NCBI RefSeq assembly: GCF_947568905.1
Contig: NC_079172.1
Coordinates: forward strand, 18,724,001 to 18,788,000
Reading direction: 5' to 3'
Origin: Ostrea edulis
Lineage: Eukaryota
DNA: 64,000 bases
The first letter of the stretch is position 1. The number at the start of each line of letters is the position of its first letter. Below are positions 52,265 to 64,000 of the stretch, piece after piece. Under the pieces are notes generated by a model. That model worked only from the letters and a program-made list of their open reading frames with translations, made no database searches and had not been told where the DNA came from. The translations under genes were made by a program, and so were the position numbers.

Positions 52265-53183
52265 CAGGTGACTCTTGATAATTCAAAGTTCAAGGGACCT
52301 AAATTGATAAAACTTCGAGAGTTCGAAATTCATAAATTGAAGGTCCGCCGGTATGGTTAAGATTTTATAGTAACCGGAAATGTTTACCAACAAGATCATA
52401 TCGTTTTGACATGTTTTCCTTCATATTCGTCAGGTATTCGTCAATATAAAAAACCTTATTTTGCATTTATAAAAACATTTCAAAGTTTATGTATTTATTT
52501 GTTTTTTAATCATGCTTAGATATAGCTAGCATACAAAACCAAATTCCGATGAAGCTTTACTATCACAAACTAAACAAAGCACAACATTATGTCGCTTTAC
52601 CCATGCAAAGCAAGAATTCTAACGAATGAGTAAAACAATGTTTTAGAGTAACTTTACACAAAGAACAAACTCGAAAAATTTAACAGTCTGTAGATCTCTA
52701 AATTATGTATAAAACTTACTCTCTCGTTGTCAAGTCAAAACAAATTATAGATTTTATTCATAGTTGGATTATTATAATACATAATTTTAATCAAGACACA
52801 AAACCCCAGTGTAAGGTGTAAACTGACCAATTAGCCAATTATATACTCCAGTGTGTCATCTCCACAAAGAGGCACAGTGGATGTTTCAACTATGTAAACA
52901 CCTAATTACCACTCCAGCATTCAACAAATCCGGGTAGGGTCCAAGCGGAAATTAGTACACGCTTGGGTAACGATGGGTATATGCTACCACAACTTCGAGA
53001 GATCGAGAGTTAAAAACAATGAAATGTGTTTTACGGGACTCAACTTAACTTCGAGAGATCAAGAACTTCGAGAAATCGAACATTCGAGAGATCGATAGGA
53101 AATTTACTTTGTTATGTAAAGAAAAAATGGGTACCATGATTTCACTTCGAGAGATCGAAGTTCGAGCCATCGAGAGTCACCTG
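52265..53183. mobile_element. TA-flanked pogo/Tigger-like MITE, 919 bp
   Basis: TA|CAGGTGACTCTTGAT ... ATCGAGAGTCACCTG|TA; TTCGAGAGATCGA subterminal repeats. Confidence 0.85.
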
Positions 53184-53269
53184 TATAGGCCATGCATGAA
53201 TAGGTTGATATGGTGTATTGGTCAACACAAGCGAAAAAAAAGTATTGACCTTATTACAGAAAATTATGG

Positions 53270-54712
53270 TAATACTCAGGTGACTGATAAGATGTGTTGT
53301 CTTCAGGTAGTGCAGATTGAAGTTTGTTCAAATCAATGCCTCGGGCCACAATATGGATTCATTTACATCGGAATATATATATATACATATATAGAAAAAA
53401 TAATGTAAAATCTTCTGGGAAAAACAGGGCCGTGATTAGTATGCATCTGTCAGAATCATTGTTAAAATCTTTGTCAATATCTCCAATTGAAAATTTTCTG
53501 GTGAGTTCATTGCAAAATTGCCAAATTATAAATCCTGAAAATAATAACCATTGTCATCTCAAACATGAGTCAGGTGTTCAGTTGAAAGTCTATCAGCTAT
53601 GATATGATATGATAGCTGCGGCAGCTGATAGAATGATTATGGTCAAGCCCTCGTGTAAATAATGCACATCCTCAAAGTTTGCTTAATTAATTTCTTTGGA
53701 AAAAATGCATGGAGCACCCCCAAAATTTTCTCAGAAAGAAAATGCTTGCCCTATGTTTATTTCACATAAAAAAGATAATGAAATGAAATAAAAATTCATA
53801 AATGAAAATGATAAATTAAAATGAATTTCTGTCTTATATTGCATGCTGATGTACTTTTCGTGCTAGCATACTTGAATATATAAATAAACACAAGCCTATC
53901 TGTTGTAATATTGTATCACACTGCTCTGGCTATGTGCAATTAATACGATGTCTTTCATTCAATTGAACACATTTCTAAACAGCTATCAAGATCACTTGAA
54001 CTTGGCTATCCCGTGTGTGCTGAGGTATGGCTGGTGATCGACTTAAGTACACTTGTACCAGAGAGTCAGTCTGCGGATTTTTTACAGAGTACTAGATTAA
54101 AGCCTCCAAGCATTCCAATACGCTATCTGAGTAAAATTGATATCCCTAGTTAGAAATGTTCTCAAGAACCACTGCAGTCATGATTTGTGAGCATTCCAAT
54201 GAAGTGTAGACTCATACTTGATCAAATCATATTCCATGGGACTAAAATAGGGATTTAAAGTTTTACATAAAAAATGTTTAGGAATCATATTGTTATGCAA
54301 GCTTTCCAAGGTGTGTGGATTGAAGTTTTTTTGGGGGGGAGGGGGGTGCTTCAAATTATGGACCCTGGGGTTACTAGGATTGGGAGATAATTGGGGAACA
54401 AACTTTTATAATTCATTAATAATTTTAATAATTCATGAATAAAGGGTAAAAAGAATTTTTTAAAAATATATATATAATTATATATCTTTTTCGGAACAGC
54501 ATGACTTTGTTAGGAATATTAATATCAATTAAAGCACTCATGTGTTGTGGATTCAAGTTTGCAGGTTAAGTCATGACCTAGGTCATAATTCGGAGTGAAA
54601 ATTGATCTGGGAATAAGGAAGTGGAATTTTTTTTACATGTTTAAAAAACTTCTAAAGATATACCAGGACTAAAGTAACTCTGGTGAGTGTTATGGCCCAT
54701 GGGCATTTTGCA
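53270..54712 (+). repeat. old Helentron-type / Cg170-like remnants
   Basis: GTGCAGATTGAAGTTTGTTCAAATCA and CTCAAGAACCACTG fragments; decayed right end TGGTGAGTGTTATGGCCCATGGGCATTTTG at ~54682-54711. Confidence 0.5.
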
Positions 54713-56349
54713 GCTTTCATATGTGTAGTAACCCCCAAATCTGAAAAATCCAGCCCCAAGTTACCCATCATGTTATCCTTTCTGCAGAAGCATTGGGGCT
54801 TTCAGATTACAGAAACTTATTTGACTGTAAAGTTTTCAATTCAAATAACTTTTGATGTCTTTGAGATGTAGCTTTCATAGTTGAAAGATGGATTTGTGAA
54901 TACTTACAAATTTTCTACTACTCTTGCTATTGTTTTGGCACTTGGTATTATTGGAAGAAGAAAAAATGAAGGTTATCCAAGTACTTTTTCTTAGTATTTG
55001 TTATGATGGTTGTGTACGTATGATTAGGTATTCATTTACAACAAAAGGTTGCACTAATTTCATTCTTATTAGAGACTAGAGTTCATTCACATCCTTTACG
55101 CGGCTTCAAGAATTTCCCATAAATAATTCCAAGGATAACTCTAACTGTTTTACATGCATACAGTTTTTGTGTTTTGTAGCCTGCAGGAAGTGGGGTTTTA
55201 TGGGGAATAAGATCAGTACTGGGTAATAACAAACTCAAACAGAATAGAGGCTACACTGGAGTGTAAATTTATCTCCTTAATAGTCCTGGAGTCCCACAGC
55301 TTGGATTTGTGCTTTGCGATCTCTTGGAATTGTAAACAGTGATTGGGGAACTTTGGGTCCTGTAGTCTGTTGATTTAATTGTTCTGTTGGTTATACTCAT
55401 TAAACTTTGGTTGCAAGGTTAGAAAATGTAAACATTTTTTTGTTCTTTTCTCTTTCACAAGTCTCTGTTTTTATCTTTTCAGTCTGAGAATAAACTTCGG
55501 TGAACTTATGTAAGCTTATGATCATCTGTAAGATATTACTGTAATGTTAGAATTCAATGTCATTTTACAGAAAATCTTTTGATAGTTTGTTCATATAATT
55601 CTCAGCATCTAGAAGAAAAACAAAACATATTCTGATTTGCCTGATTCTTGTAATTTCTGAGAAAAAGTTTTGATGACCATTATTTGCCGACACTTGTATG
55701 ATAGTTATATCACACAAGCTATCAGAAGGTAATATTCTGAATAAGAATAGACGAGGTAATGGACATTTATCTTGGCTATAACTTTTTAATGGAGAGACAG
55801 TATAGAAGCTTGATTACACACTGTCACAAAAGTTGCTGATGATTAGAGAGTGTGTGATATAACCTTGAATTAATGTCAGTTGCTCAAGGTCACAGTTACT
55901 GGTAAACTAATCAGAAATGTCTGTTCTAAGCTACTGTAGACGTATTTAATTTTGTTGTTTTTGTCATGAACACAATTTCATGTGAATTAATTTTCGTTGT
56001 TTGTGATTACTTAAAATTATGTATTAAACATACAAAGTATAAACAATGTCGCTTATCCGCAAGACTTGTTTAAACAATTTAAAAATATGATACGATACCC
56101 ACGTACGCCATTTATAAACCATTTGTTCGACAAAGCGTAATGTTGTTACATGTAGCACGTATTTACAAACAAATCCTCACTAGGTGATCCATGTAAGCCT
56201 TGGTCATTAGATTGTTGTACTCGAGCCATTACAATGTTGAAACCGTTTATATTGTGTTCTGTTCATCAATTTCGTTGATAAAATTCGTGAAGAAATCAGA
56301 TATATCGGTAAATACAAGGCTCGTGTCCTTTCCCTGCTCAATATAGGGA

Positions 56350-57156
56350 TTTTGATACCAAGGTGTGGCCAAAATGGTCATAGTGATGTGTCTGTTAACA
56401 ATTTTCCCTTCCAATTCCTTTCAAACTTCAAATGAAGCATCTTTAGGACAAGGAGGACATCAGTTGTAAATTTCAGGATTTCTGCACCCCTGGGGCCTTG
56501 GGGGCGAGATAAAAACTGCCCAAAATTGACCAATTTTCAAAAATCCTTTATCTACAACTACACACCTGTCAGAAAAACCAAATGCATAGTCATGTAGAGC
56601 AGGAAGGCCTCTACCAAAATCGTAAATTTCATGAACCTCGGGATTTATGTGTAAAAGAGTTAGATCTAAATGGATCTTGGTACCAAAATTGTAAATTTTG
56701 TGATCCCAGGGGTAGCGGTTTTGGTTCCAGGATGGGGCCAACATTATTATTGTGATTATTGTCTTGATTAATCAGTTGAAAGACTTCTTTAAAGCTGATT
56801 TCTTCTTTAATTTTGCTGATACTTTATTAAAACTAAATGCATATTTAGAAAAATCAGAAAAGGGTGTGCCACAATTGTGAATTTCGCAACCCTGGGATTT
56901 TGACTAGGGGAGGTCCAAAATAGCCATAGTATCAATATGACATATAATTATACTATATTTTGTATAGTCTTTCATCAGTTTGGACACCTTTGGGGGTATT
57001 TGTAAGAACACATATTGTTTTATACTGCTGCTGAATATTAAAATTTTGCTCAGATATCCAGAACAGGAAAATTATTCTAGATTTTATAGTCCTTGGGGCT
57101 AGTGATGCTTTTAATTAAAGCTCAGGCATCTGATAAGGTCTCTGGACCTGCATGTT
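56350..57156 (+). mobile_element. Helentron-type element, collinear with 21040-21929
   Basis: Shared internal units and a decayed right end CTCAGGCATCTGATAAGGTCTCTGGACCTGCATGTT. Confidence 0.7.
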
Positions 57157-57214
57157 GTTTGGTTTTAACATGAAGGAATACTGCAGTATCATAATATGTA
57201 TGTCCAGTGTTTCA

Positions 57215-57334
57215 TATTTTGCCTCAATTTCTTTTGTAGGTAAGTTTTCTCAATGTGAGTTTAGAAGAAAGGTCATAATTGAAAGTTATCCACCTTTCTT
57301 GACATTTTAAACAGATTGTCAAAAGCAGGTAAGA
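57215..57334 (+). other. candidate recursive splice site and 89-nt RS-exon in the long PSMD1 intron
   Basis: ATTTTGCCTCAATTTCTTTTGTAG|GTAAGT (junction 57239/57240) followed by a second donor CAG|GTAAGA (57328/57329). Motif evidence only. Confidence 0.45.
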
Positions 57335-57357
57335 TCTTATCTGTCTTCAGAATTAGA

Positions 57358-57476
57358 GATTGATTGATTGATTGTATCTTGCTTAACACCCCTCTCGAGA
57401 ATTTTTCACTCATATGGAGACATTACCAAGACCGATGAAGGGCTTCAAATTTGGGCCTTTGCTCGGCGCTTACGGC
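57358..57476 (-). mobile_element. 5'-truncated SINE 3' end
   Basis: (GATT)n tail followed by GAGAATTTTTCACTCATATGGAGAC...GGGCTTCAAATTTGGGCC, the same body as 22440-22520. Confidence 0.75.
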
Positions 57477-59436
57477 ACATATAATGGTACATATTGCGCC
57501 CATTGGAAGGTTATATAGTATGTTTTTATTATAAGATGTTTGTTTTTTTTTACATTGATTAGTAAACGCGGCAAAAATGTCAGGAGTTGTAGAACTTTAC
57601 TTTGTTTTGTATCATATGAATAAGGGAATTAGGCCAGCAATTTATTTACTGGTCTTTTGAATTTTCATATCTATTCAATATATGGTTTAACTTTTAATTT
57701 GTGGATCATAGGTTTTAATCTTGCAGAATTTGATTTTTTTTAATGTATAACATTAAAATGTATACCTTTGCAAGAGTTTATGCAAATTCTATTACATAAA
57801 CTCAATATTACATGAATGCAATACTTTCCTTTTTTGGTTCTCATATATCTCCTTAAACCTCCCCCAATAAGACATCCATAGTTGAGAAGCAAAATGCTTA
57901 CAATATGCTCATCTTCAAGTTGTTTACAAAAACTGGGCGCCACCAGATAACTGAAAAAATTGTTGAGTGTAGCGGAAGACATCAATCAATCAATCAACAA
58001 AGGCCATAGCTTTAAGACTGAGAGGATCGAGTCAAAAGGACTTGATTATATTTCCTTAAAACTGACTAAGTTCAATAACATGTTATTTTCTCAAAAATTG
58101 AAGGAAATCATCATCAATGCCCATACAAACAATCTGTAAAATACGAAGGTCCTCACTTGAAAATTGTGCCAGACAAATTATGTACCCTCCTAGAGTGACC
58201 CACAAATAAGCTACACAGCAAGTTTCAGCTTGGTATGTTACAGATATGAAAATAGACACAGAAAACCCTGAATGGACGGACGGACAGACATCGCTGTACC
58301 ATAATACATCCCATCTAAAGACATGATACATTGTATTTCATAATTCAGTGTGTAATGACATTGACAGCATCTTCATTTTGTTTCCTGCAGAATATACATG
58401 GTGCTTGTATCACTTTTTTGTCTGTCTGTCAGTCTGTGTGGAGATACACTTGTAGGCAACACAATGATCCTATGAATTCCTTGTGTAAATGAAGAAAGAC
58501 TACTTTTATCACATGGTTAATCATGGCAACTTGAAAAAGAATTTACAAGAAGCAGCCCAACATGGTGTTATCAGTGAAGGTGTCAGTGTGTCTGTGTTGT
58601 GGTGATGTGATGTGAGGCTGGATGGGCACAGTAACAGACCACCCATTTACTTTCAGATATATTGAGAATCAAATTATTGTGCATTGTTCTTCCTAATGAT
58701 ATTTAATCTATAATGAAAAGATACAGAATATCTCTGTGTGTATTTTACACTGCAGAGGATGAAGATTTCTGGAGCTTATTGTTTTTGCAAGCAGGGTCTG
58801 TCGGCTCTTATGTCAACATCTTTAACCACGATCACTGCTTTGAGCTATACAGGAATGACACCTTTATGAAATCATTTTCTGTCCTGCTTTGGTGACTGCA
58901 TTTGTTAATGGGAAAGGACTATGTAGCTTCATTTTATTTTTTTTTACTCCTTTTTCAACTTTGCTTATTATTTCAACTTTGGTATTATAAATATTTTTAT
59001 TCTTTGAAACCCTGAATTAAAATAAAAAATAAAATACAGTACTAATGATAGAAACACAAATCATTATGAATCTCACACCTCTAATTACTGAAATTAGTCA
59101 TTTTGGGTCAGCTATGGAACACAGGATGAGATGTGACGATTATATAATTAGGTTTAATTACCAATGCATGCCAAATGCACATTTTGTTGTTATATCGATT
59201 TTCATTACAGGGAAATGAATATCATCATGTTATATTTAGATTCCAACATTATTATTGGTATGAAAAACTTTAAAATGCAGTGATTCATTTGACAATAATT
59301 GGAAATGACATGACAATGCCACTGATATAGAGGTCACAATACCAGTCTGATTATGTTAAAAGAAGCATCAAAGGCTATTCCATGGCTGTTCCAACATGTT
59401 GACTAATGAACAAGAAGACTACTAGAAATTGGATTA

Positions 59437-60859
59437 CAGTGGAACCCCGTTATAACATTTCCCCTTTATTACGTTAGTCCGCATATTGCGTTGGAATTTC
59501 AAAGCACAAAACTGTTTCTTAACAAACCTATATAAAATAGACCTCGTTATTACGTTGTCCCAAGATGCCGGGACTCAGTATTATGTTGTAAAAATTCTGA
59601 CAAAAACATAATAAATTAAACTCCTAATTATTCAATAGTGATTCTCAAAATAATAAGCCATTCACACCTTGACTGCCCCAGGCAGTCACCTTGTTTTCCT
59701 AGTCTGTTAGGGGATTAGAGACGCTTGACTGGTCATGCTTTGATAGATCTAGTGACATCCATAGGGGTGAATGAATACCCTGTCTTGAAGCCAGTGATAA
59801 GCAATTAAATGATGTTTATTTAGAAATTGTACTCAATAAAATTTTCTTCATTTTTCATATTTTGACGATCAAAGAAATAATAATTTCTCAACCACATGCA
59901 TGTTTAGCATTGTGTGATTGCTTTCGATATTAAAACTCTTATTTACGGACAGCTTTGGTACCAAACATGTAGGACCAAATTTCTCGTCTCACAGTTTAAA
60001 CAGCTTGGGTTGGCTTGGATATAGTTAGGTGACTAAAGGCAGTGTTCAATTTAAAAAATTGTCAGTTAGTTTGACATAATAGCTTGGGTGTTGTTAGATC
60101 TCATCCATAAATACGCCGATCAAACTGCACAGTGTTATCGGCCGATTCGTGCACGGCTTTTAGCTCAGTGAACATTTTAAAATTCCTTGATATTTTTGTT
60201 AATGTGCATGTGATTTTAGTGCCATCATTTAGTGTTATAAATGTGATCTTAATATTAGTGCATTATTATTTTTTAAAAAGTGGATTGCGTTTGTTCTCCG
60301 TGTTTATCGTTGGTGAAAAAGTGTGTATAAGTGTTAGATATCGCGTGCATTTTGTGTCGTAGTTTTGTTGTTTTTTGGGTGGGATTTTTAAAATTGTGTT
60401 TTATATCGTGTAGTAGACATATAATTTAATAAAAACAATGTTTTGTTATTTTTTGTTTTATGTACAAATGTTGAATACGAAGCGGAAAGAGTTATTGAGA
60501 GAAATTTATATGAACGCATTTTGTTAAAGTTGAACAAAATGGCGGAAACGAAAGCAGATAAGGAATGCTTATCAAAGCATCCTTATGTATCCTACACAAG
60601 AAATAAAGAAAAGGGATGAGAACATTAAGAATTACGGACATTTAAGATAAGATGTAAATAAATCAAGTGTCATTTAAACAAAGAAACAGTAGAGAAATAT
60701 TCACACACACACACACCCCTTCACTGAGTATCAATGGAAGATATGCAATTTCCAAATGATATTTTTAACGGATTTCACTGGCAACGTGTATTACGTTGCC
60801 CCCAGTATTACGTTATTTTATCATGACAAAATGAGAAACGTAATAACGGGGTTCCACTG
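59437..60859 (-). mobile_element. TA-flanked non-autonomous pogo/Tigger-like element, 1423 bp (copy 2, inverted relative to 40949-42383)
   Basis: Same TIRs and TA flanks; the body is the reverse complement of copy 1 along its length, roughly 85-90% identical by eye. Confidence 0.92.
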
Positions 60860-63416
60860 TATTACCACGACACCTATAAATATATCACATAGAACTAACT
60901 GGGTTTTTTTTAAATCCCACCAATGTGCCTGGTGAGTACAGTCAATTTCAACCCGTTTTCAGGATCTTTATTTGGAAATTTATACTGGTATGGTGATACC
61001 TCAAGCCCTATAGTTTTATTTTTGCTTTCGCAGTCCAGGTGGTATTTAAGTTTCAAAATAATGTCCTTAGAACAAAAGTTAACAATGTGAAAAGAAACTC
61101 GATTGTACTAAAAATAATGAGACGAAAGGACAACAAAAATATAAGAGAATTAGGAAATAATTAGATTTCTGTAGAGAATGTGTAACTGCTAACATTCACC
61201 CAGGATTTTTTAGTGAAGGAAGCTGTGTAGCAAATTCACTTGTTTGTATTGCTCATTAAGAGGTTAATGAAAAAATCAGTAGGAGAGTGGATTGCTCCAA
61301 AAAGGTGATTTGTTGTACAGACAAATGTCATAGTTTCATGTAATCATTCATATCTTCATCTACATGATTTGTGTTTATCATTTCTATACCTTCCGATTAA
61401 CACATGTATTAATATCTAATATTTACACAGGTAATATGATTGATGGTTTTGAAGACAATGGTCCTTTCCTTTTTCTTGCTTCTACCTTAAATCTCTCTGT
61501 TGCAACCAATCTGCGATATCTACTGTGGATTTAGAATTCTATGTATCTACTCCCCAATCATTTGACAGTATAGCTAAATGTTAATTTAAACAATGACAGC
61601 ATGTGGATTTTCAAATTTAGTTAGATTTAGATCTACTTCCTATTGTTTTTCTTTTTCACCTTCAAGGCATCAGTTCTTTCCTAGCAACATTGGTTGATTG
61701 GGGGGGTTTAATGCCGTATTGGCAATATTTTAGCTATTTTATGGAGGTTAGCTAAATAAAGTATGATTGGTTTTGAAGAGTGTTGTAGCATAGGAGTTAA
61801 ACAGAATAGATATACAGTATATATAGCAATAGTATCGTTGTCACCTCATTTCAGTACTTTCAGTACTTTGATTTTTAATAAATTTATTGAGTTAATCATA
61901 ATACTGTGCAACAGTGTGTAGCGAAAGACGCCAAAAGATGACCACTTTTAAAACAAGCAGAGATCTTTTGTAACTGTAATGTTTATAAAAGAAATCTGAA
62001 GGATCCCAACATTATCTCATAATAAGTGGTATCTCTAGATATTTTATCTCATTTTAAATGAAGTCCACTGTATATTGATTGAGTTGAGAAATCATGTACG
62101 TTAAGTTATTGCGTAAAAAAAATATCCGTTCTATAAATATTTGAAGTGCATAGAAATTCTAATGTTATCAGATTTTCATCCCACTCTCAAAGCAATTACT
62201 GATAAACACTGTGTTTTTTCAGATTGTTTTCATTGACTTTCCTCTCAATTTACTTATTTCTAAGTATTTTGTTGATTCAGATGTGTTTGTGAATTACTTT
62301 TGATTAACATTGATTGGTTAGACATGTTGCAAACTTCATTTTACCTCATGTGGATTCTCTTACATACAGGAAGTCGAGAAGAATTATCTTTTATCTTGAT
62401 TTGTTGTTCTGAGGGGATATTTTTTTGCAATAAAAAGAGATGTGAAATAGACATTTTCTGATATAAAATTTTTCTCAACTTTACAATGAAAATGTGAAGA
62501 ACAACAGTATAATGGGGAAAATAACAAGTAATTGAAAACTGTTGAAATAAAGTACTACAGTGGAGCTTCGTTAATCTGGACACTTGGGTTCCTTGCAAAT
62601 CATCAGTAGGATGGTTAACTGATTGCATGTATCTTCATATATTTGTAATCAATGTGCTTGCTTCTTTGATATGTGATATGAAATACACATTAACAGTTTT
62701 CTTTTTTACCATATTTTCCCGAATATGATAAGTAGTTATGTTTAATATGCCCACCCCATCCCATTTTGCGTCTGATACACAGTATTAACAGAAAGAACAA
62801 AAATTCTAAAACATATTGTTTGGTTATTAAGATAGCATGTCATTTACATTGAAACATGCATATTCAGTAAAACAAATACATTTTTGATCTGAAATGTTTA
62901 TTCTATCACAGCTCAGGTTAATCAACTCATGAAGTATACTGTATATAAATTTCAAGTCTGTGACAAATATATTGCAACAAGTATTTGAAGCACTCTCTGT
63001 ATTATTGTACATTTATTTTAGATAGGACAATTATGACAGTACATAAATTATATAATATACCAAAATGAATAATCATAAAACAATTAAGAGACAAAAATTC
63101 TTAAGGACAAAAAAAAATGGATGTATGGGTTGATATCAATTTTATGGCTTAATTAGTTTGGTTTTAATAAGTACAAAAGTACAAAATTCCTTAAATGCTA
63201 GGGGACTTCATTCTTTTAAATCTTCATTTTTTAAAATTCTATTGTCAAAAGTTATTGAAATCTATAACAAATTTTCCCCACTGTACTTATAGTCATTTAG
63301 AACTCATGGGAATGCATTATATTCCATATGGTAATTTGTATTCATTTTACTCATAACAACATGAATTTAGTTTTCATTTTCTAATAAAGTTTGTTTGCAG
63401 AACTCTTGATTCAAAT

Positions 63417-63510
63417 GATCGCATAGGATGAAACTAAGGAAACCAGTCTCAGTTCCGTCAATAGATCGCATAGGATGAAACTAAGGAAACCAGTCCCAGT
63501 TCTGTCAATA
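63417..63510. repeat. 47-bp direct tandem duplication in the 3' UTR region of receptor paralog B
   Basis: GATCGCATAGGATGAAACTAAGGAAACCAGTC(T/C)CAGTTC(C/T)GTCAATA twice, at 63417 and 63464, with two mismatches. Confidence 0.9.
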
Positions 63511-63618
63511 GTTACTAGTTATAACATCCTATATGTTCTACTGTTTCCAACTGCTGCTGGTCGTAATCCACAGTGCTGATTATCATCGCCTTTCTCCATT
63601 TTGTTTTTATTGCAACAT

Positions 63619-64000
63619 TTAACATGGCGTTTCACACTTATCAATACTGTTGTTGGAGTCTGATCCGTTGTGGTAAAAAGACCCATTACTGACCATCCAG
63701 CTCTGGACTCTCTGTTTCCTCTGAATACGGTCATAGCGACACAACAGTAATTTCTTGAAGGTCATTTTGAAGGTCTTGTTAAACATGGTGTAGATAATTG
63801 GATTCAGGGTACTGGACACATACCCCAACCAGTTGAAGGATGCATACAAAGCTGCTTTAAAATTGCAGTCTTGACAAAGCGGTGTCATGATGTTGAGAAT
63901 GAAGAATGGAGCCCAACACACAACGAAGATGACGAATACAATTCCTATGACTTTAGAAGCCTTCTTCTCAGTGTGAACATCATCTAGCTTCTGAATATGA
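63619..64000 (-). CDS. HTR2: second 5-HT2-type serotonin receptor (paralog B), partial: end of ICL3, TM6, TM7, C-tail; 5' part lies outside the window
   Basis: Frame open from the window edge: HIQKLDDVHTEKKASKVIGIVFVIFVVCWAPFFILNI...FNWLGYVSSTLNPIIYTMFNKTFKMTFKKLLLCRY...CETPC-stop. EKKASKV, CWAPFF..N6.55 and FNKTF..LLCRY are 5-HT2 family signatures. Confidence 0.85.
   Translation of the reverse strand, partial: HIQKLDDVHTEKKASKVIGIVFVIFVVCWAPFFILNIMTPLCQDCNFKAALYASFNWLGYVSSTLNPIIYTMFNKTFKMTFKKLLLCRYDRIQRKQRVQSWMVSNGSFYHNGSDSNNSIDKCETPC

Larger units (their letters stand above)
13918..64000 (+). other. PSMD1: very long PSMD1 intron (>50 kb, runs off the window) hosting two antisense 5-HT2-type receptor genes
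   Basis: The next expected PSMD1 peptide ([23 protein letters not shown]...) is not encoded anywhere I could find in 13918-64000. The 3' end of the intron is inferred to lie outside the window. Confidence 0.8.

Noticed and set aside
1246-63734. The remaining 60-150 aa ORFs in the track
   Set aside because: Mostly alternative-start ORFs in repeats, or antisense/off-frame shadows of the real exons; low-complexity F/I/L/K composition and no recognisable domains.
37587-64000. Idea that the 63619 exon is an alternative last exon of receptor A
   Set aside because: On the - strand it lies upstream of A's first coding exon, so it cannot be spliced after it; it must belong to a separate gene.

Overview
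Eukaryotic, AT-rich, repeat-dense genomic DNA, most likely from an oyster (Ostreidae). This is inferred from the 166-bp HindIII/Cg170-type satellite and the Helentron-type non-autonomous repeats. The + strand carries four internal exons of PSMD1/RPN2 (26S proteasome lid/base subunit; equivalent to about residues 492-628 of the human protein). After the 65-nt exon at 13853-13917 the gene enters an intron that runs past the end of the window (>50 kb). Inside that intron, on the - strand, are a complete two-exon 5-HT2-type serotonin receptor gene (37878->29520, 857 aa, ~515-aa third intracellular loop) and the 3' end of a second, divergent 5-HT2-type gene (>64000->63619). The host intron is at the same codon and phase as the human PSMD1 intron that, from my recollection of the human annotation, holds HTR2B. 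That suggests a nested arrangement older than the protostome/deuterostome split, here with two receptor paralogs. The same intron contains a textbook recursive-splice-site/RS-exon candidate at 57240. The rest is transposon-derived: Helentron-type elements with internal satellites (one carrying an array of perfect AGGTCAnnnTGACCT palindromes), TA- and TTAA-flanked MITEs, tRNA-derived SINEs and a Penelope-like RT fragment with a structured 3' end. All homology calls are from recognition by eye; no database search or folding program was run, and repeat boundaries other than TIR-defined ones are approximate.
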